Of a stretch of 64,000 nucleotides of DNA, positions 44,272 through 52,694 are shown piece by piece. The position numbers and the translations under genes are program-made. Position 1 is the first letter of the stretch. Every line of letters begins with the position of its first letter. The DNA lies in NCBI GenBank assembly GCA_045654505.1, contig JAZONM010000007.1, positions 50,704-114,703 of the forward strand, read 5' to 3'. The stretch is from Clostridia bacterium. Its GTDB lineage: Bacteria > Bacillota > Clostridia > Christensenellales > UBA1242. The notes below the pieces were generated by a model that saw only the letters and a list, made by a program, of their open reading frames with translations, ran no database searches and had not been told where the DNA came from.

Positions 44272-45585
44272 TCAGTATTTATTGTTTATCTGCTCAATCT
44301 TACGCACAATCCTGTCCAAGACTTTAGTGTTTTGTAATTCGTCACAACTCTCCACCATAACCCTTATCTTACTTTCAGTACCCGATGCACGCACTAAGAT
44401 ACGACCATCTCTTATCATGTTTTCACATTCATTTATTTCTTGTTTTAGCTCGTCTGCATTTATAATTCGTAATTTGTCGTACACAACAATATTCTTATTG
44501 GCTTGTGGCATAAGTTCTACATGAGCAAGATTGGAAAAATTTCTTTTTTCCTCTTTTAATATATTTGCCAAAACAATAGCACACAAGACTCCATCTCCAG
44601 TATCAGAATATCTTCCAATTATAATATGTCCGCTCTGTTCGCCACCAATTTCAAGATTTTTATCCTTCATAAGTTCAATCACATATTTATCACCGACATC
44701 ACTCGCATAAAAATCTATCCCCTCTTTTTTCAAAGCTTTGATTATACCCATATTGGTCTGAGTGGTACCGACGACACCATTATTTTTTAAAGAATTTTTC
44801 TTTTTAAAATAGCATCCCAATATATAAGTTATTATGTCACCGTCTACCAACTTTCCTTTTTCGTCTACAGCAATTACACGATCACTATCTCCGTCAAAAG
44901 CAAACCCAATATGACACTTGTATTTAACAACAGCTTCACTCAAACCCTCGGGATGCAGGGATCCACAATTGTCATTTATTTTAAGACCATTATTACTGCA
45001 ATTTAACGCAACAACTTTAGCACCAAGTTCGCGGAAGAGCTTTGGCGCAATACTTCCACTCGCACCATTACTACAATCCAGTGCGATTTTTACACCATTT
45101 AAAGATTTTGAAGAGTTTCTTAAAAAATTCACATATTGTCTTGTCATATATCTTTTTTGACAATAAGTCCCTACTTTTTTAAAGTTTGCTATATTATTAT
45201 GTATAAAATACTTTTCAATCAAATTTTCTTCTTGCACACCAATTTTATTGCCATTACAATCAAATATCTTTATTCCATTATACTCTGCCGGATTGTGAGA
45301 TGCAGATATTACCACACCATAGTCAAACTTAAGTTTTTTTACAAGATAAGCAATTCCTGCAGTGGGTATCACTCCCACATCAATTATATTGCCTCCTCCC
45401 ATTACCACACCACAGCTAAAAGATAGAGCAATCAAGTCACCACTTTTTCTAGTGTCTCTACCCAATACAATCTTCACATTTTCTTTTATATTTGACAATG
45501 CATTTCCACATTTATAACACACTTCAAAATTGAGTTCTTTATTCACCTCTCCACGAATTCCGTCTGTTCCGAAATATATACTCAT
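44272..45585 (-). CDS. glmM: Phosphoglucosamine mutase
   Basis: 437 aa with FGTDGIRG, the active-site SASHNPAEYNGIK and GGEQSGH. Confidence 0.92.
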   Translation of the reverse strand: MSIYFGTDGIRGEVNKELNFEVCYKCGNALSNIKENVKIVLGRDTRKSGDLIALSFSCGVVMGGGNIIDVGVIPTAGIAYLVKKLKFDYGVVISASHNPAEYNGIKIFDCNGNKIGVQEENLIEKYFIHNNIANFKKVGTYCQKRYMTRQYVNFLRNSSKSLNGVKIALDCSNGASGSIAPKLFRELGAKVVALNCSNNGLKINDNCGSLHPEGLSEAVVKYKCHIGFAFDGDSDRVIAVDEKGKLVDGDIITYILGCYFKKKNSLKNNGVVGTTQTNMGIIKALKKEGIDFYASDVGDKYVIELMKDKNLEIGGEQSGHIIIGRYSDTGDGVLCAIVLANILKEEKRNFSNLAHVELMPQANKNIVVYDKLRIINADELKQEINECENMIRDGRILVRASGTESKIRVMVESCDELQNTKVLDRIVRKIEQINNKY

Positions 45586-46148
45586 TTTATCTCCTTTAAA
45601 TATTTAATTGCTCTATTTGGCTTTATCACTTCTCGACTTCTACCAATCACAAAATCATATTCATTAAGATTTTGAGTGACAGTTGTGCCCGCACATATAT
45701 AAACATTGTCAGGAATATTAAGAGGTGCTATCAAATTGCAATTACTACCTATGAAAACATTATTACCTATCACTATTTGATTTTTTTCTTTACCATTATA
45801 ATTTACAAAAACAACCCCACAGCCAATATTACACCCTTTGCCAATTTTTGCATCTCCTACATAAGTGAGATGTGCAATTTTTGTATTATCGCCCACGACA
45901 CTATTTTTTATCTCAACAAAATTGCCTATACGACAATTTTTGCCTATTTTGTTATTTGGTCGAAGATGAGCATTGGGTCCTATCTTTGTATTTTCACCCA
46001 CCACGCTATCAAAAATATGTGATGAGATTATTTCCGCTCCTTCTTCTATACGGCTATTCTCAATAATATTGATGCCTTTCAGCTTGCCTTTGACTACACT
46101 ATTTTTTATAAATTTTTTCATAATTATTAGATATGAAACATAAAGCAT
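45582..46148 (-). CDS. Stand-alone left-handed beta-helix acetyltransferase equivalent to the C-terminal (GlcN-1-P acetyltransferase) domain of GlmU
   Basis: 179-188 aa (start ATG 46148 or 46121; both have weak RBSs). NAHLRPNNKIGKNCRIGNFVEIKNS...AHLTYVGDAKIG...NIGCGVVFVNYNGKEKNQIVIGNNVFIGSN aligns by eye to GlmU residues about 265-456. There is no uridyltransferase domain. A 4-nt ATGA overlap joins it to glmM. Confidence 0.7.
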   Translation of the reverse strand: MLYVSYLIIMKKFIKNSVVKGKLKGINIIENSRIEEGAEIISSHIFDSVVGENTKIGPNAHLRPNNKIGKNCRIGNFVEIKNSVVGDNTKIAHLTYVGDAKIGKGCNIGCGVVFVNYNGKEKNQIVIGNNVFIGSNCNLIAPLNIPDNVYICAGTTVTQNLNEYDFVIGRSREVIKPNRAIKYLKEIK

Positions 46149-46254
46149 TTATGTGCCTAATATCACTAATCCGAATCACACACAGACATATTTCTCATTC
46201 ACCACAACACATTCTAATTTTTCCTCAAACAACCATCTTCCTAGTCCAATGCAC

Positions 46255-46282
46255 AGAAAAAAAGAGCGAGTATTTCGCTCCT
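46255..46282 (-). terminator. Rho-independent terminator of the alcohol dehydrogenase gene
   Basis: gagcga-gtatt-tcgctc hairpin with a T7 run on the minus strand, just after stop 46292. Confidence 0.7.
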
Positions 46283-46291
46283 TAATTTTTT

Positions 46292-47470
46292 TTATAGACA
46301 TTTATTTAAGATATTTACAATATCTTTTTTCAAAACATGCTTTTTATTTACAATAATAGCACCATCGTTTTGAGCTGTTTTCACAATCTTTTCCAAATCT
46401 TCTTGCTTTACACCATATTCAGAAAGTTTTAGCGGCATGCCAGTAAGTTTATTGATTTCTTTAAGCAAATTTTCCAAGTAAGCAATCGCCTTATCACATC
46501 TATTTTCTCTTGAAGTTGTGGCATAGATATTGTCACCACAAAGATGCAACAACAGGTCTCCGTACCTATCTCCCACCTTGTCTTTATTGTATTTCATGCA
46601 CTCTACAAGAAGCACCGCCATTGCATTTCCATGCGGAACTCCACATACACCACCGCAAGCATGACCTATTGCGTGCACAACCCCCACCATCGCATTTGAG
46701 AACGCAATTCCGGCAAGAGTAGAAGCTAATGCAAGATTGTATCTGCCTTCCATATCATTAGGATTTTTTAGTACATTTAGTAGATTTTGAGATATCAATT
46801 TTACTGCGGATACTGCATAGACATCACTTATAGGATTTTTTTGAAGCGAGGTATACGCCTCAATTGCATGCACCATAGCATCCATTGATGTCGAAGCAGT
46901 AAGTTTTGGAGGAAGCGTAGCAGTCATTCGCACATCCACAACCGCAACATCTGGAAGCAATTCGCTAGAAATAAACTCCATCTTTACATTATTTGCGTGA
47001 TTTTTAATAACCGCAACTGAAGTACACTCACTACCAGTACCACAAGTGGTAGGCACAACAATGAAAGGGATATGTCGTCCTTTCTTTATATTTTCATTGC
47101 CCATAAGTTTCATTATGTCATTTTTACCTTGACTAAGAGACATGCGCACACCCTTAGCAGTATCAATAACCGAACCGCCACCAAGCGCGATAATGCCATC
47201 ACATTTGGAGTTTTTGTAGAAATTGATAATCTCCTTAATTGTCTCTGTTGACGAATCGGCAGGAATATTGGTGTAGACATTTTTTATGCCTACCTTTTTC
47301 AAGATTTTAATCACCTTTTCCACTGTACCTATTTTCTTAAGCCCTTCATCACTAAGCAAAAGAGGGTTTTTACAGCCTAGAAAATCCAATTCGTAAGCAA
47401 TGTTTTCAATCGCATTGTCTCCACAAAGAATCTTCACACTATTCACAAACTCAAAATAATTATTTGCCAT
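46292..47470 (-). CDS. Iron-containing (group III) alcohol dehydrogenase
   Basis: ORF 46292..47503; I prefer ATG 47470 (MANNYFEF, RBS AAGGAGA). It contains GGGSVIDTAK and His-rich metal-site motifs (HAIEAY, HAIGH). Confidence 0.85.
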   Translation of the reverse strand: MANNYFEFVNSVKILCGDNAIENIAYELDFLGCKNPLLLSDEGLKKIGTVEKVIKILKKVGIKNVYTNIPADSSTETIKEIINFYKNSKCDGIIALGGGSVIDTAKGVRMSLSQGKNDIMKLMGNENIKKGRHIPFIVVPTTCGTGSECTSVAVIKNHANNVKMEFISSELLPDVAVVDVRMTATLPPKLTASTSMDAMVHAIEAYTSLQKNPISDVYAVSAVKLISQNLLNVLKNPNDMEGRYNLALASTLAGIAFSNAMVGVVHAIGHACGGVCGVPHGNAMAVLLVECMKYNKDKVGDRYGDLLLHLCGDNIYATTSRENRCDKAIAYLENLLKEINKLTGMPLKLSEYGVKQEDLEKIVKTAQNDGAIIVNKKHVLKKDIVNILNKCL

Positions 47471-47954
47471 GTTTTTTCTCCTTTTTAGGTTTGTTACACC
47501 CAAACAACAACCATAGATATATTTTCAAACTTGAGACGTTTTTCTTCTTCCTATTGATGGCTTTTGTATACCATTTTGGGAAAAGATAATCTTCAGTTCG
47601 TTCCATAATCCTCACCAAAACAAGGGCGTCATTTATATTGCCTTTCAATACTATTGAATGCATGGAAAAAGCCTCGGCAATGTTCATTCTGCCCAGCAGA
47701 ACTTTTTTTGCGACTTTAAGATTTTTGAAAAGAATCTCAATATCGCAATCCTCCACCTTTGTTTTGTATACACGATTGTCTTTTACAACAAATCGGGCAT
47801 AATCACTATGTGGAAAGATGCCAAGTTTTACCTTATATCCATCTCCTAGCACTCCAAGTTCTTCTTTTATTTCATTATCATATTTTGCGACACCGCTCAT
47901 TCCTTTAATCAAAATGTTGAAAATAAGTCGGCACAATACACTCTTCTTTTTCAT
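47460..47954 (-). CDS. Hypothetical protein, possible SCP2-like lipid-binding domain
   Basis: 164 aa with RBS AGGTGA. LKGNINDALVLVRIM resembles the SCP2 C-terminal motif. It overlaps the ADH start by 11 nt. Confidence 0.45.
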   Translation of the reverse strand: MKKKSVLCRLIFNILIKGMSGVAKYDNEIKEELGVLGDGYKVKLGIFPHSDYARFVVKDNRVYKTKVEDCDIEILFKNLKVAKKVLLGRMNIAEAFSMHSIVLKGNINDALVLVRIMERTEDYLFPKWYTKAINRKKKNVSSLKIYLWLLFGCNKPKKEKKHGK

Positions 47955-48069
47955 AATTCACCTATTTAAATTATACCTATTTAATTTTGTTTTCACAAAT
48001 GGAAATAATCATTTTGTTTTTTTATTTTTTTAATTTATAATTAAAACAATAATCATTAGGAGAATTGTT

Positions 48070-48786
48070 ATGTTGCTTCCTATCATATCATTATCTGTAT
48101 GCGTACTTGCTACAGTCGTTTTTATCCTAGTTTCTCTTCTAAAAGGCGGAAAGTGGGGACTTATTACAAAAATATTTGCATCTCTTTGTTTTGTAGTAGC
48201 AGGTCTTCTTGCAGTACTAAATATGTACGAGACTTTCGACCCTAATACTGCTAACAGTCCTACTTGGGCATGGTTTGTATTCACTGGTCTTGTTATGGGA
48301 TTGGTGGGCGATATATTTATGGACCTTAAAGAAAAAGAATTGCCTGCACATGATGTTTTCCTTAATACAGGAATGCTAAGCTTTGGTATTGGCCACTTCA
48401 TGTATTTCGCAGGTCTTACTCTTTGTGTGACTCTTAGATGCCATTTCCTTATCCCTACCGCAATCGCTATTGTGATTGGCGCCGTAATTACATTACTTAT
48501 CTTCTTGAATGCAGGCTCTCTAGGTATCAAATGGGGTAAATTTAAATGGCAAAGCTTTACATACTCGCTAGTACTTACAATTATGTTTGTATATGCAGCA
48601 GCAATTGCAGTGCTTGACAAAACCATGTGGATGTTTGCTGTTGGTATGGCACTTTTCCTATTGTCAGATTTGATTTTAAGCCTTATCTATTTCGCTGGCA
48701 AAAAGACAAATACTATGCGCGCTCTAAACTGGAGTACTTATTATCTAGCCCAACAAACTCTTGTGTTGTTTATGTTTTTGATTTAA
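48070..48786 (+). CDS. YhhN-family (lysoplasmalogenase-like) membrane protein, paralog 2
   Basis: 238 aa with RBS AGGAGA. GLVGDIFMDL, FGIGHFMYFAG and LFLLSDLILSLIYF parallel the motifs of the 31194..31892 paralog. Confidence 0.65.
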   Translation: MLLPIISLSVCVLATVVFILVSLLKGGKWGLITKIFASLCFVVAGLLAVLNMYETFDPNTANSPTWAWFVFTGLVMGLVGDIFMDLKEKELPAHDVFLNTGMLSFGIGHFMYFAGLTLCVTLRCHFLIPTAIAIVIGAVITLLIFLNAGSLGIKWGKFKWQSFTYSLVLTIMFVYAAAIAVLDKTMWMFAVGMALFLLSDLILSLIYFAGKKTNTMRALNWSTYYLAQQTLVLFMFLI

Positions 48787-48789
48787 ATA

Positions 48790-48826
48790 AAAAAAGTCTA
48801 TCTTGATTGGTAGACTTTTTTATTTT
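48790..48826. terminator. Bidirectional terminator between the YhhN paralog and the P-type ATPase
   Basis: agtcta-(10 nt)-tagact hairpin with A- and T-runs on both sides. Confidence 0.7.
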
Positions 48827-48834
48827 TAATACAT

Positions 48835-51009
48835 TTATTTTGCTGTTGTTTTTATATCGCACTCACCTGTCAAACAATTGGTATGTGGGTGTTTTTCTTC
48901 ACAAGACTTACACCTGTTGTGCGGTTTAAAACACAACAATCTCATAGAATTGAGTATCGCAAGGATAGATACACCTACGTCTGCAAAAACAGCAATCCAC
49001 AAATTTGTCAATCCCACAACACCGAGCACCATTGCAACTAATTTTACACCAAGGGCAAAAACAATATTTTGGATATATGTCGAATGTGTGGCTTTCGCTA
49101 TTTTAAGAGACGAAACAAGGGATATTAGATTGCCATTCATAAGCACTATATCACCAATTTCCACCGCTATATCACTTCCGCCTCCCATCGCAACACCTAT
49201 ATCACAGGTACTAAGCACTGGAGCGTCATTGATTCCGTCACCGACATACATAATTTTTTTAGCATTTTTCTTTATCTCTTGTAATTTTTCCAGTTTTTCT
49301 TCAGGCATCAATTCTGCATACACTTTTGTAAAACCAAGTGAGTTTCCTACCCAATCGGCAATCTCTTTCTTATCACCTGTCAACATTACAATATTCTTGA
49401 TTCCCATTTCTCTTAATTGACTGATGGCGTTTTTTGTTTCTTCTTTAATTGTGTCGCTTATTACAATATAACCGACATATTTTTGGTCAATAGCCATATA
49501 CACTACACTGCCGGCACTTTCCACCTTCTCAATGACTATATTGTTTTCTTGTAAAAAACTTGCTCTTCCGCACAATACTTCTTTACCCTCGATTGTAGCT
49601 TTGATTCCTTTTCCCGCAATCTCCTCCAATGAGCCTATCTTGCTTTGAAAAATCTTACCCGAATACAAGTGCGAAACACTTTTTGCAATAGGGTGATTAC
49701 TACTGCTTTCCGCATAACAAAGAAATTTTACAAAACTTTCTTTACTTATATCTTTAGGACAAATTTCCTGAACCTTAAAGTCACCTTTGGTAAGAGTTCC
49801 TGTTTTGTCAAAGACTATGGTGTCTATTTCGTGAAGTGTATCCATAAAACTAGCACCTTTAATAAGCACGCCATACTTTGCACATCTTCCCACCCCACTA
49901 AAGAATGCAAGCGGAACTGAAATAACAATTGCGCAAGGGCAAGACACAACAAGGAAAGTCAGCGAGCGATAAAGCCAAACTGCGTACTCACCTGTAATAA
50001 AAGAAGGTATTAGAAATAATACAAGAGCACAGCCAAACACAGCAGGAGTATAAATACGTGCAAATTTTGTAATAAATTTTTCGGCTTTAGGCTTGTTGGC
50101 GCTAGCATCTTGCACCAATTGCAAAACTTTACTAATAGCAGAATTTTGATAAATCTTGGTGACCTTTACAGTAATCACGCTAGACATATTTATAGTGCCA
50201 CTATACACCTTGCTTCCGATAGTCACGCGTTGTTGTTTGCTCTCACCAGTAAGCATAGAATTGTCTATAAAAGTGCTTCCATTCACTACCTTGCCATCTG
50301 TCGGAATTTTCTCACCATTCTTAACAACAACCAAATCCCCAACTTTCAATTTTTCTGGACGTACTTGGTGTTCTTCTCCGCCTCTTATTACATTGGCATA
50401 CTCAGGTCTAAGAGTAAGCATCTTTTCTAGACTTTTTTTACTTTTTCCAAGGGCATAATCTTGAAAGGCCTCTCCTATTTTATAAAGCAACATAACCATA
50501 ATTGCTTCGGGATACTCTTGCAGCGCAAGTGCTCCAATGGTTGCAACCACCATCAATACATTCTCGTCAAATATTCCGCCCCTAATGAGTTTTTTTACAC
50601 ATTTATAAACAACATCATATCCTACCGCAACGTAGCCCACACAATATAAGACTATCGACGCTATTTCATTTTTAATAACAAAACCCAAAATTAAAAAAAC
50701 AAGGGCTAGAGCTGGAAAAATGAGCTTAAACCACCACCTCTTGTAAAGAGGCTCTTTTTCTTCTTTCTCCTCTTCCATTTCTTCCAGTTTTTGAATGTAT
50801 ACTTCACTTTCAAAAATATGAACGGTTTTTTCAAGGAATGCAATGAGTTCATCCTCACTCTTCCACTCATGTTCTGTCTCGATATATAGTTTTTTATTTA
50901 TAAAATCCAATGTACAGAGATCAATCTCGTCAAAAGTATTGAGTGCTTTTTCTATTTTCGCCGAGCATGCAGCGCAATCAAGGTCTTTTAGGTAATATAC
51001 TTTTTTCAT
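48835..51009 (-). CDS. cadA: Heavy-metal (Cd/Zn/Co-type) translocating P1B-type ATPase
   Basis: ORF to 51033; I prefer ATG 51009 (MKKVYYL, RBS GGGAGAAG). N-terminal HMA domain with CAAC, TM CPC motif (VSCPCAIV), DKTGTLT, GDGINDAP and a Cys/His-rich C-terminal tail. Confidence 0.88.
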   Translation of the reverse strand: MKKVYYLKDLDCAACSAKIEKALNTFDEIDLCTLDFINKKLYIETEHEWKSEDELIAFLEKTVHIFESEVYIQKLEEMEEEKEEKEPLYKRWWFKLIFPALALVFLILGFVIKNEIASIVLYCVGYVAVGYDVVYKCVKKLIRGGIFDENVLMVVATIGALALQEYPEAIMVMLLYKIGEAFQDYALGKSKKSLEKMLTLRPEYANVIRGGEEHQVRPEKLKVGDLVVVKNGEKIPTDGKVVNGSTFIDNSMLTGESKQQRVTIGSKVYSGTINMSSVITVKVTKIYQNSAISKVLQLVQDASANKPKAEKFITKFARIYTPAVFGCALVLFLIPSFITGEYAVWLYRSLTFLVVSCPCAIVISVPLAFFSGVGRCAKYGVLIKGASFMDTLHEIDTIVFDKTGTLTKGDFKVQEICPKDISKESFVKFLCYAESSSNHPIAKSVSHLYSGKIFQSKIGSLEEIAGKGIKATIEGKEVLCGRASFLQENNIVIEKVESAGSVVYMAIDQKYVGYIVISDTIKEETKNAISQLREMGIKNIVMLTGDKKEIADWVGNSLGFTKVYAELMPEEKLEKLQEIKKNAKKIMYVGDGINDAPVLSTCDIGVAMGGGSDIAVEIGDIVLMNGNLISLVSSLKIAKATHSTYIQNIVFALGVKLVAMVLGVVGLTNLWIAVFADVGVSILAILNSMRLLCFKPHNRCKSCEEKHPHTNCLTGECDIKTTAK

Positions 51010-51010
51010 A

Positions 51011-51310
51011 CTACTTCTCCCTCGCATGTGCAAGACAAAGTTTTACCACGTCCTCGACATGCTTGTCGCTCAAGGAGTAATACACCCTATTGCCTTCTTT
51101 TACATTATTCACAAGATTATATTTTTTTAGTAATATCAATTGATGAGATACCGCCGACTGAGTCATACCGATAGACTCCACCAATTGTCCCACATTTTTC
51201 TTTCCGTCCATAAGCTCGAAAACAATTTTTAGTCGTGTTTTATCTTTTAGTGCATTAAGTATGTCCAACATGTTTTGCATATCATTTTCACTTATATTAT
51301 ACTTCTTCAT
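51011..51310 (-). CDS. ArsR/SmtB-family metalloregulator (CadC-like)
   Basis: 99 aa with HTH VGQLVESIGMTQSAVSHQLILLKKYNLV. It lies immediately upstream of the ATPase. Confidence 0.85.
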   Translation of the reverse strand: MKKYNISENDMQNMLDILNALKDKTRLKIVFELMDGKKNVGQLVESIGMTQSAVSHQLILLKKYNLVNNVKEGNRVYYSLSDKHVEDVVKLCLAHAREK

Positions 51311-51330
51311 TTTTCCCTCTTTAAAATAAA

Positions 51331-51381
51331 CTATATGAATGTTTACTCATATAGTATATGAGCATTCATTCATATAGTCAA
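51331..51381 (-). promoter_or_regulatory. Promoter (TTGACT-17-TATACT) overlapped by two tandem TATATGA-N8-TCATATA operators
   Basis: IR1 is 51331-51354 (cTATATGA-atgtttac-TCATATAg) and IR2 is 51355-51376 (TATATGA-gcattcat-TCATATA). On the minus strand the -35 is AGTCAA at 51376-51381 and the -10 is AGTATA at 51353-51358. IR2 fills the spacer and IR1 covers the transcription start. Confidence 0.7.
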
Positions 51382-51397
51382 CCATTTTTATAGTGTT

Positions 51398-52342
51398 TTA
51401 TAAAACTTTATAGCCAATAAGTGTCACATTATTGACAAAAGACGTATTGATAGGGTCACACAATCGGGTAGACAAATACTTCTTGCTATCGTCTGGAAAA
51501 ACAGATAGTGTGTGACTTTTGTTGTACTTGGCACATGCTACAAAATTGGCTCCTCCCGATATTCCTACCGAAAGACCTAATTCACGTCCGAGTTTTTGTG
51601 CCATAGCAATGGCATCATTGTCGTCCACTCCAATTATTTCGTCCACAATTTTCTCGTCATATAGTGCCGGTATTATATTATCACTAAGTCCTTGAATTTC
51701 GTGATGGTCTTTAGAAGTGCCTGTGGAAAACAATGCGGCTCTACTTGGCTCAACCGTAATGATAGGTGTTTTGTATTGCTTTTTCATATAACCGCCCAAT
51801 CCCATAAGCGTGCCCGAAGTCCCCACACCTGCAATCACACCTGAAATACTGGACAATTGGTTTTCGTTTAATTTACCCTCCACTTCTTTTGCCAATCTAA
51901 TATAAGCTTTTACATTGGAAGGATTTTCAAATTGACGAGTAAGATACACTCCTTCCTTTTCCAGTTTTTTACATGTGGCAAAACCCTCTTCAAATGATGA
52001 CACAAGGATAAGTTTTGCTCCATACAGCCGAATAAGATTTTTTCTCTCTTCACTCATAAATTGGGGCATGCAGATTGTGACCTCATGCCCTAATTTTGCG
52101 CCCACGCCCGCAAATGCAATACCCATATTGCCACTTGTAGTCTCCGCAATTGGCTGACCGTTTTTTAATAATCCTTGTCTTTTTGCATCTTTTAGAATTT
52201 GAAGCGCCACCCTATCTTTTATACTGCCTGTAAAATTGTACCACTCACATTTAAAATATGCGTGACGAATTTGTTTTTTGTATTTATAAGCAATATCCAC
52301 CAGAGGTGTATTGCCAATTAGTTTTTCCAAGTCTTTTGTCAT
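51398..52342 (-). CDS. cysK: Cysteine synthase (O-acetylserine sulfhydrylase, PLP-dependent)
   Basis: 314 aa with IGNTPLV, PLP-lysine motif GSIKDR, TSGNMGIA and GVGTSGTLMG. Confidence 0.9.
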   Translation of the reverse strand: MTKDLEKLIGNTPLVDIAYKYKKQIRHAYFKCEWYNFTGSIKDRVALQILKDAKRQGLLKNGQPIAETTSGNMGIAFAGVGAKLGHEVTICMPQFMSEERKNLIRLYGAKLILVSSFEEGFATCKKLEKEGVYLTRQFENPSNVKAYIRLAKEVEGKLNENQLSSISGVIAGVGTSGTLMGLGGYMKKQYKTPIITVEPSRAALFSTGTSKDHHEIQGLSDNIIPALYDEKIVDEIIGVDDNDAIAMAQKLGRELGLSVGISGGANFVACAKYNKSHTLSVFPDDSKKYLSTRLCDPINTSFVNNVTLIGYKVL

Positions 52343-52484
52343 TTTTCACCTCTTATTCTTTATATGTAATTTTTGCTTATTTTGATATATTTAGACTTGA
52401 TAAAACCCAAAAATACATTGATTGTTGTTATGAAAACCGACACAAAGTCTAAATATTATTGTTTTTTAAAATAGATTACGAAAA

Positions 52485-52518
52485 CAAAAAATAACCCATA
52501 CTAAATGTATGAGTTATT
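52485..52518 (-). terminator. Candidate terminator about 170 nt downstream of the 997-aa surface-protein gene
   Basis: 12-bp stem aataacccatac/gtatgagttatt (one mismatch) with loop taaat, then a T-run on the minus strand. The stem contains ATG 52509 of the opposite-strand 61-aa ORF. Confidence 0.5.
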
Positions 52519-52694
52519 ATAGTTATCACAATACAATAAAGAATAAAATCAAGAAAGGCATGCTAGTAGATAGTTTTGTAACCAACAATTACCACGGAAT
52601 TTCTCCCGCACTCGTGCTTGTTTTTAGCGATGGAAAATCTTATCCTATTCGCCAATATCACTGGCAAGAGTATTTTGATCTTATTGCTAAATAG
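52509..52694 (+). CDS. Hypothetical 61-aa protein (uncertain)
   Basis: Its composition looks protein-like (…GISPALVLVFSDGKSYPIRQYHWQEYFDLIAK), but there is no clear RBS, the start lies inside a hairpin, and it overlaps the convergent 997-aa gene by 8 nt. Confidence 0.35.
   Translation: MSYYSYHNTIKNKIKKGMLVDSFVTNNYHGISPALVLVFSDGKSYPIRQYHWQEYFDLIAK

Noticed and set aside
48030-48626. 198-aa minus-strand ORF
   Set aside because: It is fully antisense to the YhhN-family gene (48070..48786), which has an RBS, TM helices and family motifs. The antisense product is low-complexity and has no RBS.
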